Origin: the human T2T-CHM13v2.0 reference genome, Homo sapiens
Strand: one strand, 5' to 3'
DNA: 64,000 nt
Assembly (NCBI RefSeq): GCF_009914755.1
Contig: NC_060936.1
Shown: one piece after another, positions 13,561 to 26,242 of the stretch
Position numbering within the stretch: the first letter of the stretch is position 1
Layout: the number at the start of each line of letters is the position of its first letter
Notes under the pieces: model-generated
The model's input: the letters and a program-made list of their open reading frames with translations, nothing else
What the model was told of the DNA's origin: nothing
Databases searched by the model: none
Made by a program: the position numbers and the translations under genes

Positions 13561-16450
13561 TATAATATTCTCTTCATATAAAAAGAAAAAAACATAGTAA
13601 TGAGTTTCAGAAATGTTTTTAGCCATCAAAGCAAATAAAAAAGAATTTCCTAAAGCTCAACCCCAAAACAAAAACTAATGACATTCAAACCTGGTTGAAA
13701 AAAGTCTGTCATATCTTTCTTCTAATCTTTTGGTTTTGGAAGTAGTCACAGACTCATAATAATTCCAGTGAATATAATAACTCTTCCATCAAGTAATTAT
13801 ATAACCATGGTAAGTTCCTTAAATTCCAGAGACTTCAGTTTCCCATCTACAGTAAATTTTACATTAGACAATCTCTAGTGTAAGTACATAGGTTTACTTT
13901 TTCCTGCTAATGCAATGGAATATTATCGCTGAATAAATTAGCATTCTGCCCTTAACCTCTAATTTGTCCACAAAATGCAAGTACTATCATCACTGATAAG
14001 GCGTTATCTTTTTGATATACCTGGTTCATTAATACTGTGATATAATAAAGCAAATTTTATGTTGCGTCAGTCTTATTAAAATGAAATTACATAAACAAAT
14101 CTACAAATAAAGATTTTATAAGTATCTACAAAATAAATACAGAATTGCTACATTAACTATATTGAATACAGCCAAGAGCCAAGAAAAAAATCTGAGAAGT
14201 CAAAATATACAAAACAACTATGTACTAAAATGTACAATCTATAGATGTCTATAGATGCTTTCTTTGTTCAAAGTTTATTTACTCCAATTTGTACGTACTG
14301 TTCTAGAGATTAGTAAAACAAGCATACCTAAAAGTAACAGCTGAGATCAAGAGATAGATAATCAGATATGAACTAAATAAAACAAACACATTGCATCATG
14401 ACATCACTATGGGTACAGGGGCAGGGGTGTCACATCCATGTTATAGCTAATCATAAAGAAAAAGGTTATGCTGACGTATTTATTAAGGCAGAAGTGGCTA
14501 AAAGAAAAAAATATTTTTTTCAGGAAAATTAAAATTAAAAAAGGGTTATGCTCAAAGCAGTAAGAAAAAGTTATCTTTAAATATCACTAATGAAGAACAA
14601 ATCTTTCCTTCTCTAGTTTTGTCAGATAAAAGCAAATGCATCTAAAATAATTTTTTCAATACAACAATGAAGTATATCAGGAGATATTAGATGTACTTTT
14701 TACTTTTACCTTAAGTCACAACAAAAAGCCACTTCTTTGAAGTACTTAATTCCATTCTACTTCTTAGTTGATAAAAGCAGATATTTTATAGAGCTTTTTA
14801 TCACAGCTGGTTGTATTAAGGAGATGATGGAATCATTCCTATGAATATGATTTTCTCTATTTCAAGAATTAGAAAACAAAGCAAACCATTTACTTTTCTA
14901 TAGAAACAAATCCATCCAAGATGGCTTTTAATATTTCTTTGACAAGATAAACTGACAATTTTGCCTTTAACTGCCTAATTAAATAAGTACCAAACTTAAA
15001 AGCTAAGTTTTCTATTGTTCATCAAGGTCACATGATTATTCTGTAAAGCTAAGTGGACTTGTGGCATGAAGGTCAGCAAACAATATATACTAGCAAGCTT
15101 GTTGGCCTAAAAAATGCAAACAAAGAGACAGAAACAAATACAGAAATGAAACTCATTTTAAAATAAAAAATATCTAACATTAAAAAAATCTCAGTATTTT
15201 GTATTTGCAAAGCCACTTCTGAATGACAAACGACTAAAATTTACACCATTTAAAACATAAGAAAGACGCATGAGAGCAACCATGCTACACTAAGAAGACT
15301 TAATATGGATTGAGTGCTATTTAAAGCTTATACTACTTAGGGAGAGTTCAGGACTATGGTTTCCAATTCTTTTGTGAAACACTGTTAGAAAAGAATGAAA
15401 TCAGTCAATTTATAATTTATTTAATTGCCCAGGTGAACACTTTCTATGAGGCGTTTCACTATCTCAGAAGAACACATATACCACTTATCAACATGAATAT
15501 TCAGAAAGCCAAGAATAAAGGTTATTGTGAAAATAGGGAATTTAATTCAACAAAATCTAAGTGTCAGAAAAAATATATAAATACAAGTATCAGTTTCAGT
15601 CAATATTTCTTTGCCATCATTATTAAATAGTACTTTTATTTTAAAAGAAAATATAACCCTAAAAGAGTAGACATAATTATATAGTGTTTAAAAATCTGAA
15701 AGGAAAAGATTATTTAAACATATTCAAATATTTGCTACAATTTCAAACAATAAAAGATCAATTTATGTCTACATCTCATTGACCAATTGTTTAATGCCTA
15801 AATCATAGCTGTCAAATGCCTAATAAATATAACCCTAAAAATATCATAAATTTTCATGATAAAAATTAATCACACACAAATACATCTAACAACAAGAGGA
15901 AGCTAAGGTATTTCAAAAACTATACTTGAGTAGAAAGCTTCACTTTAGTCAGAATTTAAGATAAATTTAAGAATTTAAGATAAAAAGATTAAGATAATAA
16001 AGTGGTAAGATTAAAGCTTACATTAAACATCAACTTTAATATAGTTACCATTCTGCAAAAAATGAACAAATATCAATATTAATATCTGGGTTTCATTTGG
16101 TAAACCCTCAGAGCAATGTGTTTATTTATATAATTTTGTGTTTATCTCAAGTCTAGAAGGGCTTTAATTTTATCAAAGGGTCATAATATTTCTATAATTA
16201 AAGCAAAAATTTATGCCGTAAGCACTCAAGATTCCTACTTTACTGAATCATTACTTCTGAAGTTTTAACTGAAGAGGCTCTAAGAGAAAATATGGAAAAG
16301 CCAAGCTGTTTAGCAGCAGTTACTGAAACCTAAGCTTTCACTACAGAATTGTTTTATTTAAATGAAAGCGGCTTTAAAATGTTAAAATGCCTGGTTTATT
16401 TTAATTAAAAGTCTGCAAGAAATTAGGAATGCAAGATTAAACACACAAAC

Positions 16451-16592
16451 CTGGCAATGAAGGAGAAAGTTCATTGTATCCTCCAAATGAAGCATTCCGA
16501 ACAAGCTTTCGGCCATCAATCCGGGGAGGAAATAAAACAGGCAAAACCCCAGTACAGGAAGAAAATCTACGTTGTGAGCTCTCTTCTTTCAT
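16451..16592 (-). CDS. OSBPL8: Alternative first coding exon of OSBPL8 with an ORP5-like N-terminus: MKEESSQRRFSSCTGVLPVLFPPRIDGRKLVRNASFGGYNELSPSLP(G)
   Basis: ATG at 16592 with in-frame TGA and TAG just upstream. 47 codons + 1 nt, then CCAG|GTTTGT donor. Phase 1 fits exon 4504-4574. Colinear similarity to recalled ORP5 MKEEAFLRRRFSLC...VDPRKLTRNLLLSGDNELYPLSPG. Confidence 0.85.
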
Positions 16593-17931
16593 AGCTCAGA
16601 AGGTCTATTTAATGTATATGCTCACCCAAAGGCTAATTAGACCAATATGGCAAAGACAGGCTTTTCTCTCACATCCAACTGTAGCAAAACCCACCAGCAC
16701 AAACAAAGAACACACACATTTAACAGCAAAGGAGAAGGACCAAAGACTGTCAAATCAGCAATAAACAGATAGAGAAAGCCTGACAGAAAAAGCATTAAAC
16801 CATGCTGCTGATTTTTTAAAAAAAGGAACTGATAAACATGAAAGGCTATTCTACTAATGTTTTACCTTTTTATCAAACCACCCTGCACTGAATTGCTGCT
16901 TTAGGAAAACAAAACAAGATCAATACTTAGCAATTCAAGATGAAGCAATAAAGTCATTTTCTCTTCTCAGAAATGCAATCCTTTTATCATATCCATTATG
17001 TTTCTGTACTATCCGGCCACACTTCCCACCTCTTCCGACTCCTTCCTTCCCAGCTTTTACTTACTTCAAAGATGGATATAAACATAATGCTTTTTATCTT
17101 CCCTGAAGCTTCTAGATTTATATCTAATCTACAGCTTGCCTCAGCCATGATTAAACATTCATAAGGAAAGATACTCTTTCAAGCACAACGTTGATGGATT
17201 CCAACAGTTAAAGCAGAGAATAAACATTTAAGTTTTGCCTCCAGCAGGGATATATGAGTCATTAAGACAGTGTTAGCGCAAACCAATCAACAGAGGAGAT
17301 TAAAACGACACCATAATGCTGTATGCTCTAACATGTTCCTTGAAGAAAATATGAGCTGCTACTGTTCCTCTTAATTACATTTAAACTGTTCAAAATTTAA
17401 TTTGAACAGTTTCATTACATCTAAACTGTTCAGTCTATCAATGAGTCTTTCCTGCTTAAAAAAAATTTTTTTTAAAAGCAACTTTATTATCACAGTGACA
17501 AATGTACTATGTTTAAAACTAAGTGACCAGTATTGACTCCACGTCATTAAATCTAACAGGTACCATCTGTTTATACCTAATCTTTAAAATTCCAAAGAAT
17601 TCTCTCCCAATTATACTAAAATCCATATACCTTACCCTACCTTAATTCAGATTTAAAAGCTCTAGTCAGATGCTCTCTATATATGCCGTAGATTGATTTT
17701 TTTGGTTATAATTCTTTCTTTCAATCTGAAAATACACCCACTCAGCTGGACAATAACCATCTAGGTTAAAATTTATTAGTGGCTCATTTTTATAGGTATC
17801 TTACCATAAGATCTCAGTATCCTTCCTTATTATGCATTCACTTCAACGCTGGTTCTCTATTCATGCACAACATCTCATATAATCTAAGACTTTGTCCTTA
17901 CTAGAAAGAACACATGAAAAAGCAAAACTCA

Positions 17932-18259
<328 letters not shown>

Positions 18260-18489
18260 TGACATATTCTTTCTTGGGCAAAGGCATTTCAAAATCAATT
18301 AATGGAGAATAAGTTTACCACTAATACCCATAACTGCAACAAGTTTGTGGGTTTTAGGGGTTGGTTTGGTTATTATTATTTTTTGCTTTTCTCCATATCA
18401 TAAAATGTACATTATTATTAACTGTAGACAACAAATAATTATAATTCATGTAATGGTGCTTGCCTTTAAAGGCATAAAGAACATCACAA

Positions 18490-18690
18490 ACAGCATTATG
18501 CTAGTATAATAGTTAAGCAGGATTTGAAATTAAACTGCATTCAAATCTCTGTTTTATCTTTCCTAGAAATACTTAAACAGTTTAATTTCTCTGAGTCTTT
18601 GTTTTCTCACGTATACAATGCTAATAGTAGTACTGATATTATAGGATTGTTATGAGGATTAAATCAGATGATACACAAAGTCTTAAAAGA
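18490..18690 (+). mobile_element. MIR
   Basis: ttctctgagtctttgttttctc...ataggattgttatgaggattaaat. Confidence 0.75.
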
Positions 18691-19954
18691 GTCTAGGTTA
18701 AAATGGCAAAATGAAGATACTGAACAAATGCGTTCCCTCCTAAAACTCAAGTAAAATCAAGAAAAGGGGTATTTTAAAAAAATAAACAAATATCTATATA
18801 TATCCCAAAAGTACATATCCAGGAGAGGATATATTAACAACATAAATTTGACACTGCAAAGCTCGAGATGAACAAGTAGTCATGGTCTTGCAGATCCAAG
18901 AAAGCCAAATCACAACAGCAGTAATAAAAACTGAAAGTCAACCTTATTTACACCAAATAACCCTTTTGCACATAATTCACAGCACCAAGTTCCTCTGGAT
19001 CATGAATCAGATAGGCTATTTACGTCAACAACAATACTGGAAGCAGGCCAAAAAATAACCAAAATCTTCAAAATATGAAAGAAAACAAGTTTCAATTTAG
19101 AATTCCATACCCAGCCAAACTATCAATTACATATTAGAGTAAAATAAAGATATCTTTAGACATGCAAGGTCTCAAAATTTTATTTTCTATGTACCATTTA
19201 AAATAATTTACTACAGTAGCCCTTCTCAGCTGGGGTTCTGCAATAGAATTAAGCCTAATGTACTAAGGCATCCACTGTTCAAGATGAATTAAATTTATCT
19301 CCCATGCATCTATAATATTTCCAACAATGCACTATATCTTTGAGAAACAGAGAAAATATTCCTATAGGACTTACTTCTGTCATGAGACTCCAGTTAAGAA
19401 AGGCTGTACTGGAAGATAAAACTGTACCAAAATGTGATAAATCAAGAATGCATGGGGTACAGAAACAGGACATCCAATATAAAAGAGGTGTCATTACCAA
19501 AAAGTCCCCCTGCCACTGCACCATCTTTTTTGACACATGGGCAAACTGCTTGGGTGAGCTTTGCCCAAGTTCTTTGTTGACACTGGCTTGTCTGTCTGAC
19601 TGTATGCTGATAAAACTTCTTCTCTGTTCCTTCAAGCTGATGTTTGGATCAGCTGAGAATACTTCCAAAACAATGAAGCATTCTACTTTTTACCTAATCC
19701 TGGTTGAACATGGTGAACTAAAAAAGCAGAATATACCTCTCCTGGTCATATTCCTGCCAGGTATCCAGTAATTAAACCACAAGCAATAATGAATCTTGTG
19801 TTTCCCAAGACCCACTAATTATCTTGCCGAATGCTTTCTTCAGTTGTTAAACTCTCAAAGAAATCATAACCAAACTCTGGCTCAGAGACTCTTGCTCAGT
19901 TTATCTTCCAGCAATGTTGCCCTTTCCTTACCCAACTAGGTTTGGGCTTGCTAC

Positions 19955-20354
19955 TGTTAAATAAGCAGGAGGCCAATGGCCTGAGGCTGTCTCTGTATTT
20001 TTAGTTCCTAATAATGAACTGCAAGCTAACTTTGGTATGTAAATGAACAGAAATCTAACTTAGGAGTCTAATATTTGTAACAAATAGGCTGATCTCAGCC
20101 AATCACAGCAGCTGAGCTTCAGACAATCACAGGCAACAAACTAATCAGATCATGTTCAAATAAGGCAGAAGCCCAGCTGTAGCCAATCATGCTACTTCTG
20201 TATTTCTGAGTTCTGTCTATAAATATTCACTGCTTATGTTTCAGAGTGGTGCTCTCTGGACCTCTTCTGGTTTTGAGTGTTGCCCAATCCATGAATCGTT
20301 CTCACTCAAATACACTCTGTTAAATTTAATTTGTCTGAAGTTTTTCTTCAAACA
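19955..20354 (+). mobile_element. ERV1 solo LTR (MER57/MER93-like), TG...CA ends
   Basis: Starts tgttaa and ends gtttttcttcaaaca; repeated ccaatca boxes, ataaggca, ctataaata. Confidence 0.8.
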
Positions 20355-23300
20355 CACTCTCAACAGTGTTTAAAGAAATAACCATAAATTGTCTAGATAT
20401 GCATACATGATGGTAACATTACCAGAAAAAAAGAAAAGGCACAAAAAAGTGAGGATTCTGGTTACCTGGAGCACGTAGAAGGCATGTAAAGGGGAAGAGA
20501 TAAGGATCAGGAGATACATATAAGAACTTCTAAAGTACTAGCAATGATTTCTTCTAAACCTGGTATGCTGGGTACGTAAGTATTGGTTTTATTATTATAT
20601 TAACTGTAAATGCATTTTATGTACTCTTCAGACTGCATGAAACATTTCACAGTACATATACATGTAAATGTTTTTTTCTTAAAACAAAGTTCTCAGATTG
20701 TTGCTGGATACATAGAAAACATTTCATTGTAAGCTATTATTATGTCCAGGATCTTAATTCAACAGTTCAGAAAAGGCAGATAAGAAAAACAAAATATTAC
20801 TAAATACCATAATAGCAGGATTTATTTTCCCTTCCCTGTTAGCCACCTGTTACCACTTTATCCTTCCTTCTACTCTTTGAGTAATCCTAACTCAAACCAG
20901 TCATCTGCACTCCTTCTCCCACAAGATGTAATCACCGGTGTTTAATTATTTAGAAATTCAAATAAGAAGGCCATCTTTCCTACTTCATCTGAATGGTGGT
21001 AAAATAAATGTGGTTTAGCCAAAGATGTACCATAGTTACACCAACTTCATAAAGCTTCCATTAACATTCTTTACGTTAAAGGTTTTAAAATACTTGGTAA
21101 GCTCAAAATGCCTGAGAAACTACTTGGCAAACTAAAAAAGTATTATTTCAAGAGAAGCAGTGGAAACAACATTATATGATAGAATATTTCTGGATCCTAA
21201 ATCTGTTCAATTATTCTCTACAACCTACCTTGCCTATACATCATAGACTTATGAGGATGAAATTATATATGTATACTCGCACATATGTGTATATGTGTAT
21301 TGTTTTGATCAATTTGATCATTTATGTTACATAAATGTAAAGTAGTAATAAAATAATAACATTACATTTCACATCTATAATTAAAAGAAAACCACTATAT
21401 TACAATAATCTGAAGACAAGATGTAACTGCTATAGACTAATTTCACAAGGGAAACACAAATACTCTTTTCTTCAATAATTAAAAAAAAACTACTAAAAAT
21501 TTTAATGGCAACTGTTCCTTCAAAATCAAAATCTAGATTATTCTAAAAAGCTAAAGATGTATTTTTAAAACATTATATATACCTTTGTGATTTCAATTTA
21601 ATTTCAGAATTACTTATAATCACTACAGATTTTTGTAATTTTAAAGTAATACTAAGGACAAAAGAGCATCAACATTGCAAGATCATCATGATAGTTTTAA
21701 GTTATGTGAGGTATTTATGTTAGAAACAGATTCTGGTCTATGGATAAACATATACTTATTTAAAAGTGTTTTTCAGGATACAAGTCACCACACATTGTTA
21801 AGTTGAAAAATCAGTTTGGTGGGTCACAAACAGTGCTTCTAAAAATTAAATAGGTCAGGATAGAAAATATCAAAGTGCATCCTACTCTGACATTAAAAGG
21901 CAAGTTGTTTCATGTTGTTTTAGGCTTTTACATAATTATTTACTATGTTTTGGGTAGTGATATAAAATGTATTTCTTACAAGAGACCATGGTCCAAATTA
22001 GAAAACACTGATGTAAATGGTATCTTTCTTCTGAAATTCCTTAACATTAAAAAATAAATAATTATAAAATGTTATTGCCACCTTGCCACTGAAGAGACCA
22101 ACTACATATATCATATATGGTCTAGTGGCTCTTTCCATTTGAAAATGGTAGACAAACAGAGGCAAATACCATAAAAGGTCATAAGAGTCTCTGAAATCTG
22201 CTAAATGCCCAGAGAAAATGCCCAGCCTACATTTCTTTCTATTGAGATAAAAGATTCAGACTGGGGAAGATAGCTCATTGGAAAATTAGAATTTTAATGA
22301 GTTGTCTGGACAAATTCCAGACCATCTCTATTTAAGAAAAAAAAAATGAATGGCAAACATAGCAGATATTCTGAAATAACCTAATTAGTATTTGGAAAAA
22401 CCCCTTTCAATTCTATAAAATTCTATGTGCACACTCATGATAAAAAAACATTGAATTACATTAGGATGAAAGCACTGTAAGAGTTACACATTTTATCTTG
22501 AATCTCAAGATAATAAACCTAGGCTTTAAGAGATTTTAAAATCCTTAAAGCAGCAGGATGAGTTCGAGAAAGATCAAAACATTAAGAACAAAAATCAACC
22601 AACACGAATTTAAGAAAGTACTACGTCCAGACACATAGAGAACCACTACTCTATGAAATGAGTATCTGAAGACTGTAGTATACAAATTCAGCAGTAAGTT
22701 TCCTTATAGAACATGTGAATCAAATAAGAATATAGTTGACACATTAGAGCAGCTCAGGCTTAGTAAACAAGTCTATTCATAACATTAAAATTATCTATAA
22801 ATCAAGATGCAGCACATAAACCAAAATGGGAGCAGATAAATCAAGATGGGAGATAATGAACTTTGCTTTAAAATAGAAAACACAATGATAAGCCTCTCTG
22901 TCAATTTCTATCCTCTAATAGAGCAAAGTAGTTTCTTAGCTGTAGTTAGCAAAATCTTACTAATCTTACTAATAATTACATGGCTGCAAATTATACCAAG
23001 CAATCTTATTATCGTACATTTCCTCAGAAAACATTGCTGTAGATTCTCCATTATCAGCATTAAATATGTCTCAACATGAAAGCACATGTAAATACACATA
23101 CAAAAATAAAAGGATAGCTTAAAACAATTTTAGATTAGACAGCATTCTTATCCATGTACATATATTCATTGCAAGAAGTATACGACCGTACTTTCCTCTG
23201 GATAAAAAGTTCTTTATAATTTCATATATATAATTAAAATCATCCAATAAAAATTTAGTGAGCACCTACTATGTGTTGGGAACTATGTTAGGCACAGCTA

Positions 23301-26242
23301 TGTTAGGCACCTTAGTTTCCGCTCTTACTGAGCTTTCAATATGAATGAGTACATGTTCATTATATGTTGACTGAAACACAGAGACATTATTCCCACAAAG
23401 TATTAAATGTTATACGAAATGCTTAGGTTTCATATAACAACAATCTATTCACAGGTTTGTGAATAGACTATTCACAAAAATCTATTTAACTAAAAATGTA
23501 CTAAACTAATAGTACTTATCCATGTAACCATCACAATACTACCTCATAATTAAATAATTTTATAATTTTCATGAGTGTTTTTGTGTATGTTCTCAATAAA
23601 TTCAAACAACAATGTGACATATAAAAGGAGTATTCTTGTTTTATGTATAAGGTAATCTGGATGAGAGGCACATATTCAAGGTCACACAGCAAATGAGCGA
23701 CAGAGACAAGATTAGAATTCAGCCATGGGAATAATGCTTACTGTCTCTCTCCTTTCCCTAAGTCAGCCAACACAAATGCCAGTATCAAGCATTTTTTTGT
23801 AAGGTGAGACTCACAGACAAGGGTTTTAAAAAAAAAAAAGATGGTACCAGCTGTGACCTGGCTGTAGCCTTACTGATTCATGGTCTAGAAGGAGTCGTGC
23901 CTGCTCAGAAACTCACTTGGTAGAAACCATGCCCACTAGCACCCCTGGTAACAGGCCTGCTGACTTCCAACACAACTACAGCTCCTCAAACAGCCATGAC
24001 CCAGCTCCAGCCCCACTCTAGACCTCAAAGACAATCCTGTCCGCTGAGTGACCTCTCTGGGGAACACAGTGGTAATACACCCAACCACATTCTTCTTAAT
24101 GGACCTACCATCTACAGAATTGACTGAGGCCCTTCTGAATGTGGCCCTATATCATGATTTCACCCCTGCTGAACTGCAGTTCAGAGATAGGCTTGCTTGA
24201 CCAAGAACCAGGCAGGAACCACATCCACCAATGCCCCAGGTAACAGGCTCACCAATAGCAGATCCGACAGAACCAGCTCCACTCCCACTCAATCACAATG
24301 TCAGAGGTAGTACCATGGGTCCAGAAAAATGGCAAAAGGAGGTCTTTATCTGTTGAATTCAGTCTCTAAGGACTGGAGGAGGTATTTGCTCCTTCAAATG
24401 CAGACACTAACATCAGTCTACATGAATCACAAAGAATCAGAAAAACAGGACATCACCAAAAGAGGCAAATAAAGCTCTGTAACCAATTCTAAATAAACAT
24501 CATGAACTGCTTCACAAATAATTCAAAATGATTTTCTTAAAGAAGCTGAATGAGCTACAAGAGAATACAGATAGAAAATCTAACAAAATCAGGAAAACAC
24601 TGTAAGACTATCTACAACATTTTTCAATGGAAACCTTGCAGGCCAGAAGACAGTAGAATGATATATTCAATGTACTGAAAGAAAATGTTGCCAGCCAAGA
24701 ACACTTTAAAACGTGAAACTGTCCTTTAAGAATGAAAGGTAAAGACTTTCCTAGACAAACAAAAAATGAGGGGAGCTCATCCCCACTAGACCTGCCTTAC
24801 AATAAGTGCCAGAGTTCTTCAAGTTAGAATGAGAAGATGCTAAACAACAACATAAAAGCATATGAAAGTATAAATCTGAATGCTAAAGATAAACATAAAG
24901 ACAAACACAGAACATTATAATTCTGTAATGGTAGTAAATAAATCACTTTTATTACTAGTAAATAAATTAGAAGACAGAAGTAGAATAACTATAAAGACAA
25001 ACTTATTGATAGGAACACAATACAGAAAGTAAAATGTGACATCAATTACATAAGTATGAGGTGGGGGGAGGTAAAATGTGGAGTATCTAAAGATAGCTGA
25101 AGTTTGTTATTAGCTTAAAATAGACTGCTATAACTATAAAATGTTTTATGTGAATACCACAATAATCACCCACAAAAAATGCACAATAGATTAAAAAGCT
25201 AAAGAGAAAGGAAAGCACACCACTGCCAAAAAAAGAAAAAAAAACACACAAAAAACAAAAAAAACCCACAAAGAAAGAAAATGAGAGAAAGGAAGAAGAG
25301 AACTACAAAACACACAGAAATCAATGAACAATATGGCAAGAATAAGTTCTTACTTATCAATAATTATTTTAAAGTTAAATGGACTAAAATTCCTAATCAA
25401 AAGAAATAGAGTCACTGAATGAATTAAAAACAAGACTCAACTATATGCTGTTTACAAGAAAATCAATTTAGATTTTAAAATATGCCTGAGCTTTCTGAAA
25501 GGGCAGTGGTGGAGAAAGATATTCTATGCAAAGAGTAGAAGTGGCTATACATGTATCAGGAAAAATGGACTATAAGTCAAAAACTGTCACAAGAGACAAA
25601 GGCCATTACAATAAAATGGCTAATTCAATAGGAAGACAGAACAACTACACATATATATGCACCCAACTTCAATGCACCTAAATATATAAAGCAAACATGG
25701 AGAGATATGAAGAAAGAAATAGACAGCAATATGATAATAGCAATTCAATACTCCACTTTTTTTTAGTGGATAGATCAACCAAACAGAAAATGAAAAGAAA
25801 TGAACAACATTACAGACCAAATGGACCCAACAGACACACAGAATTTCCCCAACAGCAGAAGAATACATGTTCTTCTCAAGTGAAAATGAAGCACTCTTCA
25901 GGATAGATCCTATGTTAGGTAACCAAAAAAGTCTTAAAAAATTTAAAAGATCAAAATAATATCAAGTATCTTTATCACAAAGGAACGAAACAGTAAGTAA
26001 TCAAGTAAAAGTATCAACTACTTACTGTTAAGTAATCGATAACAGTAAGAAAACAGAAAAATCACAAATAGATAAAAACTAAACACACTTGAACAATCAT
26101 TAGGTCAAAAAGGAATTAAAAGAGAAATTTTAAAAACAAGACAAACAAAAAACAGAAATTACTAAAATTTGTGGAATGTAGCAAGAGCAGTACAAAAAGA
26201 GAAGTTCATGGTGATAATGCCTACATTTAAAAAGGAATACAC

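Noticed and set aside
16474-16764. 96-aa plus-strand ORF (MYPPNEAF...)
   Set aside because: Antisense shadow of the real minus-strand exon; starts at TTG and has no recognisable homology.
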